Virus record (IMG/VR): IMGVR_UViG_3300037502_001229
Span: 1-36,262 of that record
From: a virus
Lineage: Duplodnaviria > Caudoviricetes
Direction: 5' to 3' (one strand)
DNA: 36,262 nt
Shown: in pieces, positions 14,704-24,063 of the stretch
Layout: every line of letters begins with the position of its first letter
Position numbering within the stretch: the stretch's first letter is position 1
The notes under the pieces: model-generated
What the model saw: the letters and a program-made list of their open reading frames with translations, nothing else
The model's database searches: none
Told to the model about the DNA's origin: nothing
Position numbers and translations under genes: made by a program

Positions 14704-17244
14704 ATGACCTTCAGCTTCGTTAGCCCAAACATCACCCAAAGTGGCACTGATACAGTCACCGCCGCCACCGCCGCGCCAACGGGTACGACAAAAACAACTC
14801 GCGGGAATTTTGCGACGTTCAGCACAGGCACGAACAATCTGACCGTAAACGGCACGCTCACGATCGATTCGACAAGTGCCATATTTCAAAACAACAGCAA
14901 CCAGATTCTGACTATCAACGCTGGCGGTGAGTTGATTGTAAATGGCCAAAAGACAACAGCGGCCAACGGCCCACTGTCTCAAGTTGGCTTGAACTGGCTG
15001 AACAATACTTACAGCACAACCACATTTGTTTTGGCAAGCACCAACCCTGCAAGCCCTGCAAAATTGACCGTCAGAGACGCATCCATCGCGTTTGGCTCTG
15101 GTTACCTAATTGTCCCGACAAACAACCACGGCATTATCACAACCCAAGGAGATCGTGTTTGGTTGCTGTCTGCTAACTTTGACTCTGGCAACGGTGAGCG
15201 CGGACGCCTACGGATTCAACAGCAAAGAGCAATCAACTTCCAAGCCAACAAAACCTATGTCGGTGTTTGGCTTAATATCTCCGTCAACCAGTATTCACTG
15301 AAAGGCTACACGCCCGTCGATATTGATGGCCCTGAAATTGGCTACGCCACAGGAGCAACTGTCATTGACATTGAAGATTACGATGCGACCTATGTAAAAG
15401 GCTTGGCTTACCCAAACGTGTCTTTTACGCTGTCAGCCAACCCGCATTTGAAATTAAAAAACAACCTTCGCGGCACGAACGAAGCATGGCGATCAATGTT
15501 GTTTGGAAACACCAGATACAACGTGGTCGAGTATGTCAAAGGCATTTCGGCAAAAGCTCAAGACGCTGTCGGCGCTTCACTCAGTGATGGCACATTGTAT
15601 TTTCAACCAGTTGGTACAAACGTGCCGGGGATTCGATCAAACGTCGAAACGTCCGACATTACCTTTGATTTGTCGCTCCAGACCGCCACGTTTGTAAGCG
15701 GAGCAGCGTCAAAGGATTTTGTATTTGCTTGGCAATTCAGCAACGCCAACGCCACCAACATTACAACTTCGCGCTATTTCTGCACTGGTCAAACCCCTGG
15801 CGCTGAAACGCACACAATTTACTCAAGCCGCTACGGGTACGACAAGCAAAGCGTCCTCGTCAATCTTTGGGGTAACGGCTCTGCGAATCCGATATTCACT
15901 CATGTAAGCCTTCCAACGACTAACAAAGTGATTGCCAACGCCGCAGCCATCACTGGCGTGGCTTTCAATTTCTCAACGAAAGTGATTTCAGTCACGGGCA
16001 CTTTGACAATCCAACAGATTTACGATGCCTATCAGTACCAACTGAATCAGACCGCAAACCTGCAAACGCCTGACGAATGCACGGTGTCAAACGGTCAAAC
16101 CTATTATGTGGGATGGTCGATCAACAACACAGGCACGATTAACGCAGGAACCAACCTTCGCACAATTCGCGCTGAGACAGTCACCAACAGCGGAACAATT
16201 ACGGCTGTTTATACAACCACCGCTGGCACGTCCAAGATACTGCAAATCAACGGAGTTACCAACGGGTCGTCTTTGTACGTGGGCAACAACGCTACGGGCA
16301 TTACAACCCTTTACCAAGCCAACACAAACCAAGCCACGTATCAGGTCTACTTTGCGCCAGGCACGACCCCAGCGCAGTTGGTGGCCCGTGAGTTGTACCG
16401 ATTCCAACGCTTTGCCCAAGTCCTTACTTTGGCCGATGGTTTGAATGTAATCAACTTGGCGGACGTTGAAGACGTTGGCATCACCCAAACCACACTGGCC
16501 ACGGTGCAAGCCTATACCGCCATTGAAACTGCCAGCAAGTTCTATGACAGGACGGCAGCATTTAGACTGACCGAGCAAGGCATCAAGCTAGGACAAATCG
16601 CCACTCGCTCCGGCACCAGCATTGAAATCGGCACATTCAACCATGTGATTAACCAATCCGCTGCTTCGGTGTACTCCATCACCAGCGGCACGATTACGAC
16701 AAAATCCACCTCTTACGCTGGTGATTCCAAATACACCACGGAAGTTGCCACACCTCCTGCAACAATCACGGCCAACAGTACAGAGGTGATTACGATTGCC
16801 ATCGAGGATGCAAACGGAAACTCGCAACTGACGATTAACGGCGGTGACGGAACATTCCAACTCTGGAAGGTTACGACCTCCACCCCAACCGCTGATTACG
16901 CCACCGGAACCTTATTGGCGACTGTCGGAAACGTAACATATCGCTTCATCGGTGTGACAGGATTTGACATTATCGGCGTGGACATTAACTCCAACATCCG
17001 CCGCCGAACATCAATGGCCAAAGGTGTATATACACAAGCCTTCTACGTGGGCGACCAGATCCAACTTGCCCAAGCCCCTGAAATCACGGAAATCAACACC
17101 AAAGTCGATATTTTGCAAAACGCTGTTGATGCTTTGGGCACACCAATTCAAGTGGGCGATGTGGTTGACTCCAACATCATCAAAGTCAACGATGTGTTTG
17201 TCGATGGAACTGGTACGCAATCAGATCCATGGGGGCCAGTCTAA
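14704..17244 (+). CDS. Large Thr/Asn/Gly-rich beta protein, probable virion fibre or decoration
   Basis: 846 aa with beta-strand composition and C-terminal DGTGTQSDPWGPV; function inferred only. Confidence 0.6.
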   Translation: MTFSFVSPNITQSGTDTVTAATAAPTGTTKTTRGNFATFSTGTNNLTVNGTLTIDSTSAIFQNNSNQILTINAGGELIVNGQKTTAANGPLSQVGLNWLNNTYSTTTFVLASTNPASPAKLTVRDASIAFGSGYLIVPTNNHGIITTQGDRVWLLSANFDSGNGERGRLRIQQQRAINFQANKTYVGVWLNISVNQYSLKGYTPVDIDGPEIGYATGATVIDIEDYDATYVKGLAYPNVSFTLSANPHLKLKNNLRGTNEAWRSMLFGNTRYNVVEYVKGISAKAQDAVGASLSDGTLYFQPVGTNVPGIRSNVETSDITFDLSLQTATFVSGAASKDFVFAWQFSNANATNITTSRYFCTGQTPGAETHTIYSSRYGYDKQSVLVNLWGNGSANPIFTHVSLPTTNKVIANAAAITGVAFNFSTKVISVTGTLTIQQIYDAYQYQLNQTANLQTPDECTVSNGQTYYVGWSINNTGTINAGTNLRTIRAETVTNSGTITAVYTTTAGTSKILQINGVTNGSSLYVGNNATGITTLYQANTNQATYQVYFAPGTTPAQLVARELYRFQRFAQVLTLADGLNVINLADVEDVGITQTTLATVQAYTAIETASKFYDRTAAFRLTEQGIKLGQIATRSGTSIEIGTFNHVINQSAASVYSITSGTITTKSTSYAGDSKYTTEVATPPATITANSTEVITIAIEDANGNSQLTINGGDGTFQLWKVTTSTPTADYATGTLLATVGNVTYRFIGVTGFDIIGVDINSNIRRRTSMAKGVYTQAFYVGDQIQLAQAPEITEINTKVDILQNAVDALGTPIQVGDVVDSNIIKVNDVFVDGTGTQSDPWGPV

Positions 17245-17691
17245 ATGCAGGCATGGGACGCATGGGGTGGATCTTGGGGGTACTCATGGGGTAACTCATG
17301 GGGCTTCTTTGAACAACCCCAAGGCGGTGGCGGCCCAGGTAAGGCGAGCAAACGAAAGGGCTGGGCCAACGAACGTGCAGCTTTTGAACAATCCCTTGCC
17401 CTACGCCAAGCTCAGACCACGTTGCGTAAAACCAACAAACCCGAAGCCGTCAAACTGGCTCAGAAAATCAACGCCTATGAGATTGGAAACATTGACCTTG
17501 AGGCGCTGAGAATCGAAAACGCACAACTGCAAGCAAGACTCCAAATAAAACAAGAGTTTCAAACAGAAATGCAATCGGCACAAAAAGCAATTCAGGAATA
17601 TATTCAAGACGAACAAGATGCAATTGACGCATTGATGTTGAGTGTCGAGATGGATTCCGACTTGGTTTTGAAAGCAATGGGTGAACAATGA
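17245..17691 (+). CDS. Hypothetical protein with N-terminal WGxSWG repeats and coiled coil
   Basis: WDAWGGSWGYSWGNSWG; abuts the upstream stop. Confidence 0.75.
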   Translation: MQAWDAWGGSWGYSWGNSWGFFEQPQGGGGPGKASKRKGWANERAAFEQSLALRQAQTTLRKTNKPEAVKLAQKINAYEIGNIDLEALRIENAQLQARLQIKQEFQTEMQSAQKAIQEYIQDEQDAIDALMLSVEMDSDLVLKAMGEQ

Positions 17692-18662
17692 GCGACATTA
17701 CGAGGACAGCAAGAAGGCCAGGCCAAGATTTCATGCAGGCTACGCCGCGAGATCAAGGGATTGGTTACATCTCTGACTTACTCGCTGCCACTTATGGAGA
17801 AAGAGTCCCCGCGCCCATTCAATTTATAGCCAAAGCACTTGGCGCTGAAGCCATGAGCAAGACATTGGGCCGGATTGCATACGGCGAACCCCTGACAACC
17901 GGGGCTGGTGGTATTGGTGGTACATCCAGATTCAGACCAGAAGTCATTGAATCAGCCGCCATTGCAGCCCCAATGCTTGGGAAAGTGGCTCAAGCCACCA
18001 GAGGTATGCCAGTGGGCATGAGCATCAAGAATGTAAGCCCACCACAAGCAGAAGCCCTAAGACTAGCGCAACAACGTGCGGCACTACCTGTTGAAAAAGG
18101 AGGTTTAGGCTTGCCAGCAAACAATACGGCAGCTGAACGTGCGGCGGCTATGGGATTTGATACACCTTTGTATCATGGAACTGGCGCAGATATTGCAAAG
18201 TTTGATAAGAAATTTGACAAGTTAGACAGGGGGTTTTGGTTTGGAAATCAAGATGTTGCAAGCAAATTTGCAAATGCAAGCGCAGGAAATCCAAATGTAA
18301 TTCCTTCATTGGTTAGGTTAGAAAATCCTTATATCTATGATGCTTTAGACCCCAACAGGGCAAGTGGATTAAAAGAGATTTTTCAAAACGCTGGAAACGA
18401 AATTTATGATGGTGTAAAAATGGTCAATACAAATAGCCCTGCGGCTGTTGTTAAAAACGCAGATCAAATCCGTTCACGCTTTGCAGCTTTTGACCCATTC
18501 CGAAAGACAGCCGCAACAGCGGCCACGATGGGAGTAGCTGCACCTGATTTATTGGCTCAAGAAAGGCCGTCAGACATGCAACTTCAAGCCATGATGCTCA
18601 GAGATATGGGAACCGACCCAAACACCATTTATCAACAAACAGGCGTTTGGCTTGGCCAGTAA
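17688..18662 (+). CDS. Protein with ART-PolyVal-like (ADP-ribosyltransferase-fold) domain
   Basis: YHGT...F....GFWF....A..FA...V.P....ENP...YDG...QIRSRFAAFDP pattern. Confidence 0.6.
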   Translation: MSDITRTARRPGQDFMQATPRDQGIGYISDLLAATYGERVPAPIQFIAKALGAEAMSKTLGRIAYGEPLTTGAGGIGGTSRFRPEVIESAAIAAPMLGKVAQATRGMPVGMSIKNVSPPQAEALRLAQQRAALPVEKGGLGLPANNTAAERAAAMGFDTPLYHGTGADIAKFDKKFDKLDRGFWFGNQDVASKFANASAGNPNVIPSLVRLENPYIYDALDPNRASGLKEIFQNAGNEIYDGVKMVNTNSPAAVVKNADQIRSRFAAFDPFRKTAATAATMGVAAPDLLAQERPSDMQLQAMMLRDMGTDPNTIYQQTGVWLGQ

Positions 18663-18691
18663 TTGCAAACAAGTTGCAAAAAAGCGACAAT
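18663..18691 (+). promoter_or_regulatory. Internal late promoter before scaffold
   Basis: TTGCAA-17 nt-GACAAT. Confidence 0.6.
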
Positions 18692-18747
18692 TAGAACAAC
18701 GGTATCCACCCAGCCGTTTTTAATGGGTGAGTTTCACAGGGTCAACG

Positions 18748-19614
18748 ATGAACACACAGGCAGAACAGGAAGACGAAACCACGAACGACGACACCGCAGT
18801 CATCGAGGAAACCGAGCAGCCCGAGGCGCAAACCGAATGCGAGCAGGAATCTAAAAATGAACAGGAAGAATCAGACGAGGTTGTAGTCTCCATTGGTGAG
18901 GAAGCGCCACCCACCGAAGAACCAGCACACGCACCTGAATGGGTACGAGAGCTACGCAAGACGAACCGAGAACTTCAGCGCCAAAACCGCGAACTTCAAA
19001 CAAGGCTACAAACCACCGCGCAGACTGAGACCAAGCCAGTCACGTTGGGGCCAAAGCCAAAACTTGAAGATCACGATTACGATGCTGACAAGTACGAGGA
19101 AGCATTGGCTTCATGGTTTGAGCGCAAGCGACAAGCCGATGAAATCAACGCCAGACAAGAAGCTGAAGTTATGAATCAGCAGAAAGCCTGGCAAGCCAAA
19201 CTGGATGGCTATGGCAAGGCGAAAGCCGAACTGAGAGTCAAAGACTTTGAAGACGCCGAGGCAGTTGCTCAGGAATTATTCAACGTCACCCAGCAAGGCG
19301 TCATGCTGCAAGGTGCGGACAATCCCGCCCTCGTCGTCTACGCACTCGGCAAGAACCCCAAGAAGGCGCAAGAGCTGGCAGCCATCAAAGACCCCGTAAA
19401 GTTTGCCTTTGCGGTCGCAAAACTGGAGAAAGATTTGAAAGTGACCAACCGTAAGGCAGCCCCGCCACCCGAAAGAGTCGTATCTGGTACAGGTCGAGTC
19501 TCTGGGGCGGTGGACTCAACCCTCGAACGGCTGCGAGAAGAAGCGGCTCGTACTGGCAACATGACCAAGGTCATTCAGTACAAAGCGCAGAAACGAGCAG
19601 TTTCATCTAAATGA
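18748..19614 (+). CDS. Scaffolding protein (P22 gp8-like)
   Basis: Acidic N-terminus, coiled coil, KP.LED.DYD, VYALGKNP, C-terminal helix-loop-helix; directly before coat. Confidence 0.85.
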   Translation: MNTQAEQEDETTNDDTAVIEETEQPEAQTECEQESKNEQEESDEVVVSIGEEAPPTEEPAHAPEWVRELRKTNRELQRQNRELQTRLQTTAQTETKPVTLGPKPKLEDHDYDADKYEEALASWFERKRQADEINARQEAEVMNQQKAWQAKLDGYGKAKAELRVKDFEDAEAVAQELFNVTQQGVMLQGADNPALVVYALGKNPKKAQELAAIKDPVKFAFAVAKLEKDLKVTNRKAAPPPERVVSGTGRVSGAVDSTLERLREEAARTGNMTKVIQYKAQKRAVSSK

Positions 19615-19632
19615 TTTTTTTAAGGAAATACC

Positions 19633-20916
19633 ATGTCTAACTCATTCAGCAAAGAAGAACGCGTTGCCTTTGAAGACCTCCTCGAAGGCTTCCAAGACGC
19701 TTTGGTTTTGTCCCGTCATGTCAACATCTACAACACAGATCAGACGATGATGGAACGCGCCAATAACACCATCTGGCGTCCACAGCCCTACATCGCTCAG
19801 TCGATCAACAGCACCCCTGGGACTGCGATCCCTGGCTATCAGGGCATGACACAGTTGGCCGTCCCCGCCACTCTGGGCTTCAGCAAGACCGTGCCATGGG
19901 AAATGACCACCCTCGAACTGCGCGATGCCTTGCAAGAAGGCCGCCTTGGTGAGTCTGCCAAGCAAAAGCTGGCCAGCGACATCAACATCGCCATCATGAA
20001 CGCAGCCGCTGGCTTGGGTTCGTTGGTTGTGCCGATCAACGCTGCTGCTGGTGATTATGATGACGTAGCCCTGTGCGATGCCATCATGAACGAGCAAGGC
20101 ATCCCCGACTACGACCGTTTCATGGCTTTGTCTAGCCGTGACTACAACGGTCTGGCTGGTAACTTGGCTGCCGCTACCCGCAGCTTCGGTAATGCCAAGT
20201 CCGATAAGGCTTACGAGCGCAGCTACGTGGGCATGGTTGCAGGTTTCGAGACCTACAAAATGGATTACGCCAATCGTCAGCTCGCCGCTGGTGGTGGTGG
20301 TTCCATCACCATCGACACACTGGACGCAGGCTCACAAGCCAACTACGCGCCTCAGGCCACATCGACAGCCGTTGGTGGTCAGATCAACGTGGACAACCGT
20401 TTCCAGACCGTGACTGTCTCCTCCACAACCAACGTGCGTGCTGGCGATGCCTTCACAATCGGTGGCGTGCAGGCCGTGCATCAAATCACCAAGCAAAGCA
20501 CAGGCCAACTGAAGACCTTCCGTGTCGTGAGCGTGACCAACAGCACCACCATGGTGATCACTCCCCCGATCATCGGCGCTCAAGGTTTGACCCCAACCGA
20601 TGCCCAGAAGCAGTACAAGAACGTGGAAGTGGTTACACCTTCCAACACTGCTGCGATTACCTTCCTGAACGTGAACTCCGCCTCGGTGAACGTGTTCTGG
20701 CAGCGTGACTCTCTGGAAATCTTGCCTGGCCGTTACGCAGTGCCATCGGACGCTGGTGTCGCAGTGATGCGTGCCACCACCGACCAAGGCATTGAACTGG
20801 TGATGCAGAAGTTCTATGACATTGATAGCATGACTATCAAATATCGTATGGACACACTGTTCGGTGTGGTCAACAAGAACCCCCAGATGAACGGGGTGCT
20901 CCTGTTCAATCAATAA
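19633..20916 (+). CDS. Major capsid protein (P22 coat family)
   Basis: 427 aa; ELRD...G..AKQKLASDI, GD.FTI.GV, RMDTLFG.....P..NG. Confidence 0.93.
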   Translation: MSNSFSKEERVAFEDLLEGFQDALVLSRHVNIYNTDQTMMERANNTIWRPQPYIAQSINSTPGTAIPGYQGMTQLAVPATLGFSKTVPWEMTTLELRDALQEGRLGESAKQKLASDINIAIMNAAAGLGSLVVPINAAAGDYDDVALCDAIMNEQGIPDYDRFMALSSRDYNGLAGNLAAATRSFGNAKSDKAYERSYVGMVAGFETYKMDYANRQLAAGGGGSITIDTLDAGSQANYAPQATSTAVGGQINVDNRFQTVTVSSTTNVRAGDAFTIGGVQAVHQITKQSTGQLKTFRVVSVTNSTTMVITPPIIGAQGLTPTDAQKQYKNVEVVTPSNTAAITFLNVNSASVNVFWQRDSLEILPGRYAVPSDAGVAVMRATTDQGIELVMQKFYDIDSMTIKYRMDTLFGVVNKNPQMNGVLLFNQ

Positions 20917-20931
20917 TCTGGCCAAAAAATT

Positions 20932-20957
20932 GGGGGGGCTTCGGCTCCCCCTTTTTT
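20932..20957 (+). terminator. Rho-independent terminator after coat gene
   Basis: G-rich stem, cUUCGg loop, U6 tail. Confidence 0.9.
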
Positions 20958-20972
20958 CAATAGGAGAATTTC

Positions 20973-21140
20973 ATGCCATTGACCAAAGGCTATTCGAGCA
21001 AATCCATCGGGAAAAACATCTCTAAAGAGATGAAATCCGGCAAACCCCAAAAACAAGCCGTGGCTATTGCACTCAGCACAGCCGAGAAAGCAGCCAAGGC
21101 AGCAGGCAAGCCAGGTAAAGCACCCAAAAAGGCCAAATGA
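20973..21140 (+). CDS. Small basic protein (55 aa, KQAVAIAL family)
   Basis: RBS AGGAG; MPLTKGYSSKSIGKNISKEMKSGKPQKQAVAIALSTAEK...; below ORF cutoff. Confidence 0.8.
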   Translation: MPLTKGYSSKSIGKNISKEMKSGKPQKQAVAIALSTAEKAAKAAGKPGKAPKKAK

Positions 21141-21418
21141 TGCAAGAAAAGATTCTCACCCCCAAATACCGCAAGGGCAAAAAGCCTGTCAGGGTTCGCA
21201 AACCCTCTAAACCTATCGACGGCATCAATCATCGTCTTCTTGCTGAACAAGCAGCAGAACAAGAAGTTTTGACCGATATTGAACAAGACGACAACGCAGC
21301 CCCTACTCGCGCAGAACTCGAGGCCAAAGCGACTGAACTCGGGATTAAATTTGACGGTCGCACCAAAGACAAAAAACTGGGACAATTGATCCAAGACAAA
21401 CTGTCCGCAGGAGAATGA
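21137..21418 (+). CDS. Hypothetical protein (C-terminal helix-extension-helix-like)
   Basis: TRAELEAKATELGIKFDGRTKDKKL. Confidence 0.7.
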   Translation: MMQEKILTPKYRKGKKPVRVRKPSKPIDGINHRLLAEQAAEQEVLTDIEQDDNAAPTRAELEAKATELGIKFDGRTKDKKLGQLIQDKLSAGE

Positions 21419-21419
21419 T

Positions 21420-21902
21420 ATGGGCTGGACTAAGCGCCAATTTATTGAGCAGGCATTTGACGAAATCGGACTGGCCTCTTACGCCTTTGACCTGACGCCA
21501 GAGCAAATGCAATCCGCAATCCGGCGCTTGGACACCATGATGGCCGCATGGAACGCCCTCGGTATCCGATTGGGCTACCCACTACCCTCTGAGCCATGTG
21601 ATAGCGACCTCGACGAACAAACCAACGTGCCTGATTCATCCAATCAGGCCATCTACACAAACTTGGCGATCAAACTGGCCCCGTCTTATGGCAAACAAGT
21701 TTTGCCTGACACCAAAGCCACGGCCAAAGAATCTTACAACACGCTCCTGTCCATTGCAGCCATGCCAGTGCAGCAACAACTGCCAAGCACCATGCCATCA
21801 GGCTCTGGCAACAAACCCTGGCGCGTCTACGACAACCCCTTTATCCGTCCACCCGCAGATCCAGTTTTGGCTGGTGGCGATGGCCCCATCGAATTCAACT
21901 GA
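21420..21902 (+). CDS. Head-tail adaptor, P22 gp4-like
   Basis: LDTMMAAW..GI.LGY, NLAIKLAPSYG, MPSGSGN. Confidence 0.85.
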   Translation: MGWTKRQFIEQAFDEIGLASYAFDLTPEQMQSAIRRLDTMMAAWNALGIRLGYPLPSEPCDSDLDEQTNVPDSSNQAIYTNLAIKLAPSYGKQVLPDTKATAKESYNTLLSIAAMPVQQQLPSTMPSGSGNKPWRVYDNPFIRPPADPVLAGGDGPIEFN

Positions 21903-21911
21903 GGAACCAAT

Positions 21912-22367
21912 ATGCCAACCATCAACCAACTTTCAGGCATCAGCCAAGTATCTGGCGGCGACCTCATTCCGGTCTACGTCTCCAACAATGGGGATGCTCG
22001 CAAGGTCTCGATCACGCAGCTGCTGCAATACTTCCAGCAGACATTTGCAGCCCCTACTGTGGCGACCAACCTGTACACCCCAGGCACTGGCTTCAACATC
22101 ACCGTGCCAACGCCCACCAGCGAACAGCAGTGGATGATCTTGCAGCCTGCCGGTACTCTGGCAGCTGGCACAGTCACTCTGCCTTTGAACACTGGCGTGC
22201 CAGACGGCACACAGGTGCTGGTCACCACCACCCAGACCATCACCAGCTTCACGCTGGCTCTGAACGGCGCAGCAGCAGCATTTGGCGCACCCACCACCCT
22301 GGCAGCCAATGCTTTCTTCACCATGCGTTTCTACCAAGCTACAAATAGCTGGTATCGCGTTGGATAA
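21912..22367 (+). CDS. Putative virion structural protein
   Basis: 151-aa beta-rich ORF ending WYRVG, in the tail module. Confidence 0.65.
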   Translation: MPTINQLSGISQVSGGDLIPVYVSNNGDARKVSITQLLQYFQQTFAAPTVATNLYTPGTGFNITVPTPTSEQQWMILQPAGTLAAGTVTLPLNTGVPDGTQVLVTTTQTITSFTLALNGAAAAFGAPTTLAANAFFTMRFYQATNSWYRVG

Positions 22368-22369
22368 TC

Positions 22370-22654
22370 ATGGCCACCAAAGACACACGCCTTGCCCGTG
22401 CCGGGGTCTCGGGCTACAACAAGCCCAAGGCCACCCCGAGCCACCCGACAAAATCCCATGTCGTCGTGGCCAAGTCGGGCGACCAGATCAAGACCATTCG
22501 TTTTGGTCAGCAAGGCGTGTCCGGCTCTCCCAAAAAAGAGGGCGAGTCAAAAGCGTCAAAGGCCCGGCGCGAATCATTCATGGCCAGACATGCAAAGAAC
22601 ATTGCCAAAGGCAAGATGTCAGCGGCATTTTGGGCGGCAAAAGAAAAGTGGTGA
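22370..22654 (+). CDS. Conserved basic phage protein (IRFGQQG...SF.ARH...SAAFWA)
   Basis: 94-aa ORF with a motif familiar from diverse phages; function unknown. Confidence 0.75.
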   Translation: MATKDTRLARAGVSGYNKPKATPSHPTKSHVVVAKSGDQIKTIRFGQQGVSGSPKKEGESKASKARRESFMARHAKNIAKGKMSAAFWAAKEKW

Positions 22655-22659
22655 GCTGA

Positions 22660-24063
22660 ATGCAAATCCAAATCCTTTCGGGCATCTACGCTGACACCAC
22701 GCCAGAGTTACGCACAGCGTACCCGGTCAACATGGTTCCAGTGCCCAAGCAGTCCGGCATCAGCAACGAATTTCTGCGCCCTGGTGACGGGATTGTGTCT
22801 AACGGTACAGGCCCAGGCATAGACCGTGGCGGCATTAACTGGAATGGCGTCTGCTACCGAGTCATGGGCACAAAGCTAGTGACCGTGGCCAGTAATGGCG
22901 CTGTAACAGTTTTAGGTGATGTTGGCGGCACTGTTAATAACTTGGTTTCTTTTGATTACAGCTTCGACCGATTGGCCATTGCATCCGGTGGGCGTCTGTA
23001 CTACTGGAACGGCACACTTACTCAAGTAACCGACCCTGATATCGGAACCGTTTTGGATGTGGTGTGGGTTGATGGTTATTTCATGACCACAGACGGTGAA
23101 TTTATTGTCGTCACCGAACTGAACGACCCCACACAAGTCAACCCATTGAAATATGGAAGTTCTGAAGTTGACCCAGATCCCGTGGTGGCTCTGCTCAAGC
23201 TGAGAAACGAAATCTACGCCCTCAACCGCAACACCATTGAAGTATTTGATAACGTGGGCGGTGAACTTTTTCCATTTCAAAGAATTGACGGCGCTCAAGT
23301 TCAAAAAGGTTGTCTTGGCACACAGGCTTGCTGCGTCTACTTGGAGCGCATCGCCTTTCTTGGTGGTGGGCGCAACGAAGCCCCAGGCATCTACATCGGC
23401 GCAGCAGCCACCACCCAAAAAATCAGCACGCAGGAAATTGACAACCTGCTCCTGACCTACACCGAGGCGCAACTTACTCAAGTCAAACTTGAAGCACGCA
23501 ACGACAAAAACCATCAACACCTCTACGTCCATCTTCCAGATAGAACGATGGTTTATGACGCATCAGCATCTGAAGCACTTGGCGATCAGGTCTGGTTTAC
23601 TCTCACCACTACCGTGGTCGGATTCGCTCAATACCGCGCACGAAACATGGTTTGGGCTTACGACAAATGGCTTGTGGGCGACCCACAGAGCAACGCCATC
23701 GGCTATTTGGTGCAAGACACAGGCCATCATTGGGGCCAGCAAGTCCGCTGGGAATTCGGCACGATCATTGCCTACAACGAAGGCAACGGCGCTATCTTTA
23801 ATCGTTTGGAATTGGTCAGTTTGACGGGCAGCGTAGCACTCGGCAAGAACCCAAAGATCAGCACCAGCTACACCATCAACGGTCTTGCGTGGAGTCAAGA
23901 CAAAAGCATTTCAGTTGGAACCACAGGAAACACCGCAAAACGTCTTGCATGGTTTCAGCAAGGTCATATGAGAAACTGGAGAATCCAAAGGTTCCGTGGT
24001 GACAGTGACGCCCATATCTCATTTATTCGACTTGAAGCTCAGATCGAGCCACTGGCATTCTGA
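22660..24063 (+). CDS. Tail hub / packaged DNA stabilization protein, P22 gp10-like
   Basis: 467 aa; RGG..W....YRV.G..L, DGYF, AE/SE..PD, TIE.F; synteny. Confidence 0.88.
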   Translation: MQIQILSGIYADTTPELRTAYPVNMVPVPKQSGISNEFLRPGDGIVSNGTGPGIDRGGINWNGVCYRVMGTKLVTVASNGAVTVLGDVGGTVNNLVSFDYSFDRLAIASGGRLYYWNGTLTQVTDPDIGTVLDVVWVDGYFMTTDGEFIVVTELNDPTQVNPLKYGSSEVDPDPVVALLKLRNEIYALNRNTIEVFDNVGGELFPFQRIDGAQVQKGCLGTQACCVYLERIAFLGGGRNEAPGIYIGAAATTQKISTQEIDNLLLTYTEAQLTQVKLEARNDKNHQHLYVHLPDRTMVYDASASEALGDQVWFTLTTTVVGFAQYRARNMVWAYDKWLVGDPQSNAIGYLVQDTGHHWGQQVRWEFGTIIAYNEGNGAIFNRLELVSLTGSVALGKNPKISTSYTINGLAWSQDKSISVGTTGNTAKRLAWFQQGHMRNWRIQRFRGDSDAHISFIRLEAQIEPLAF

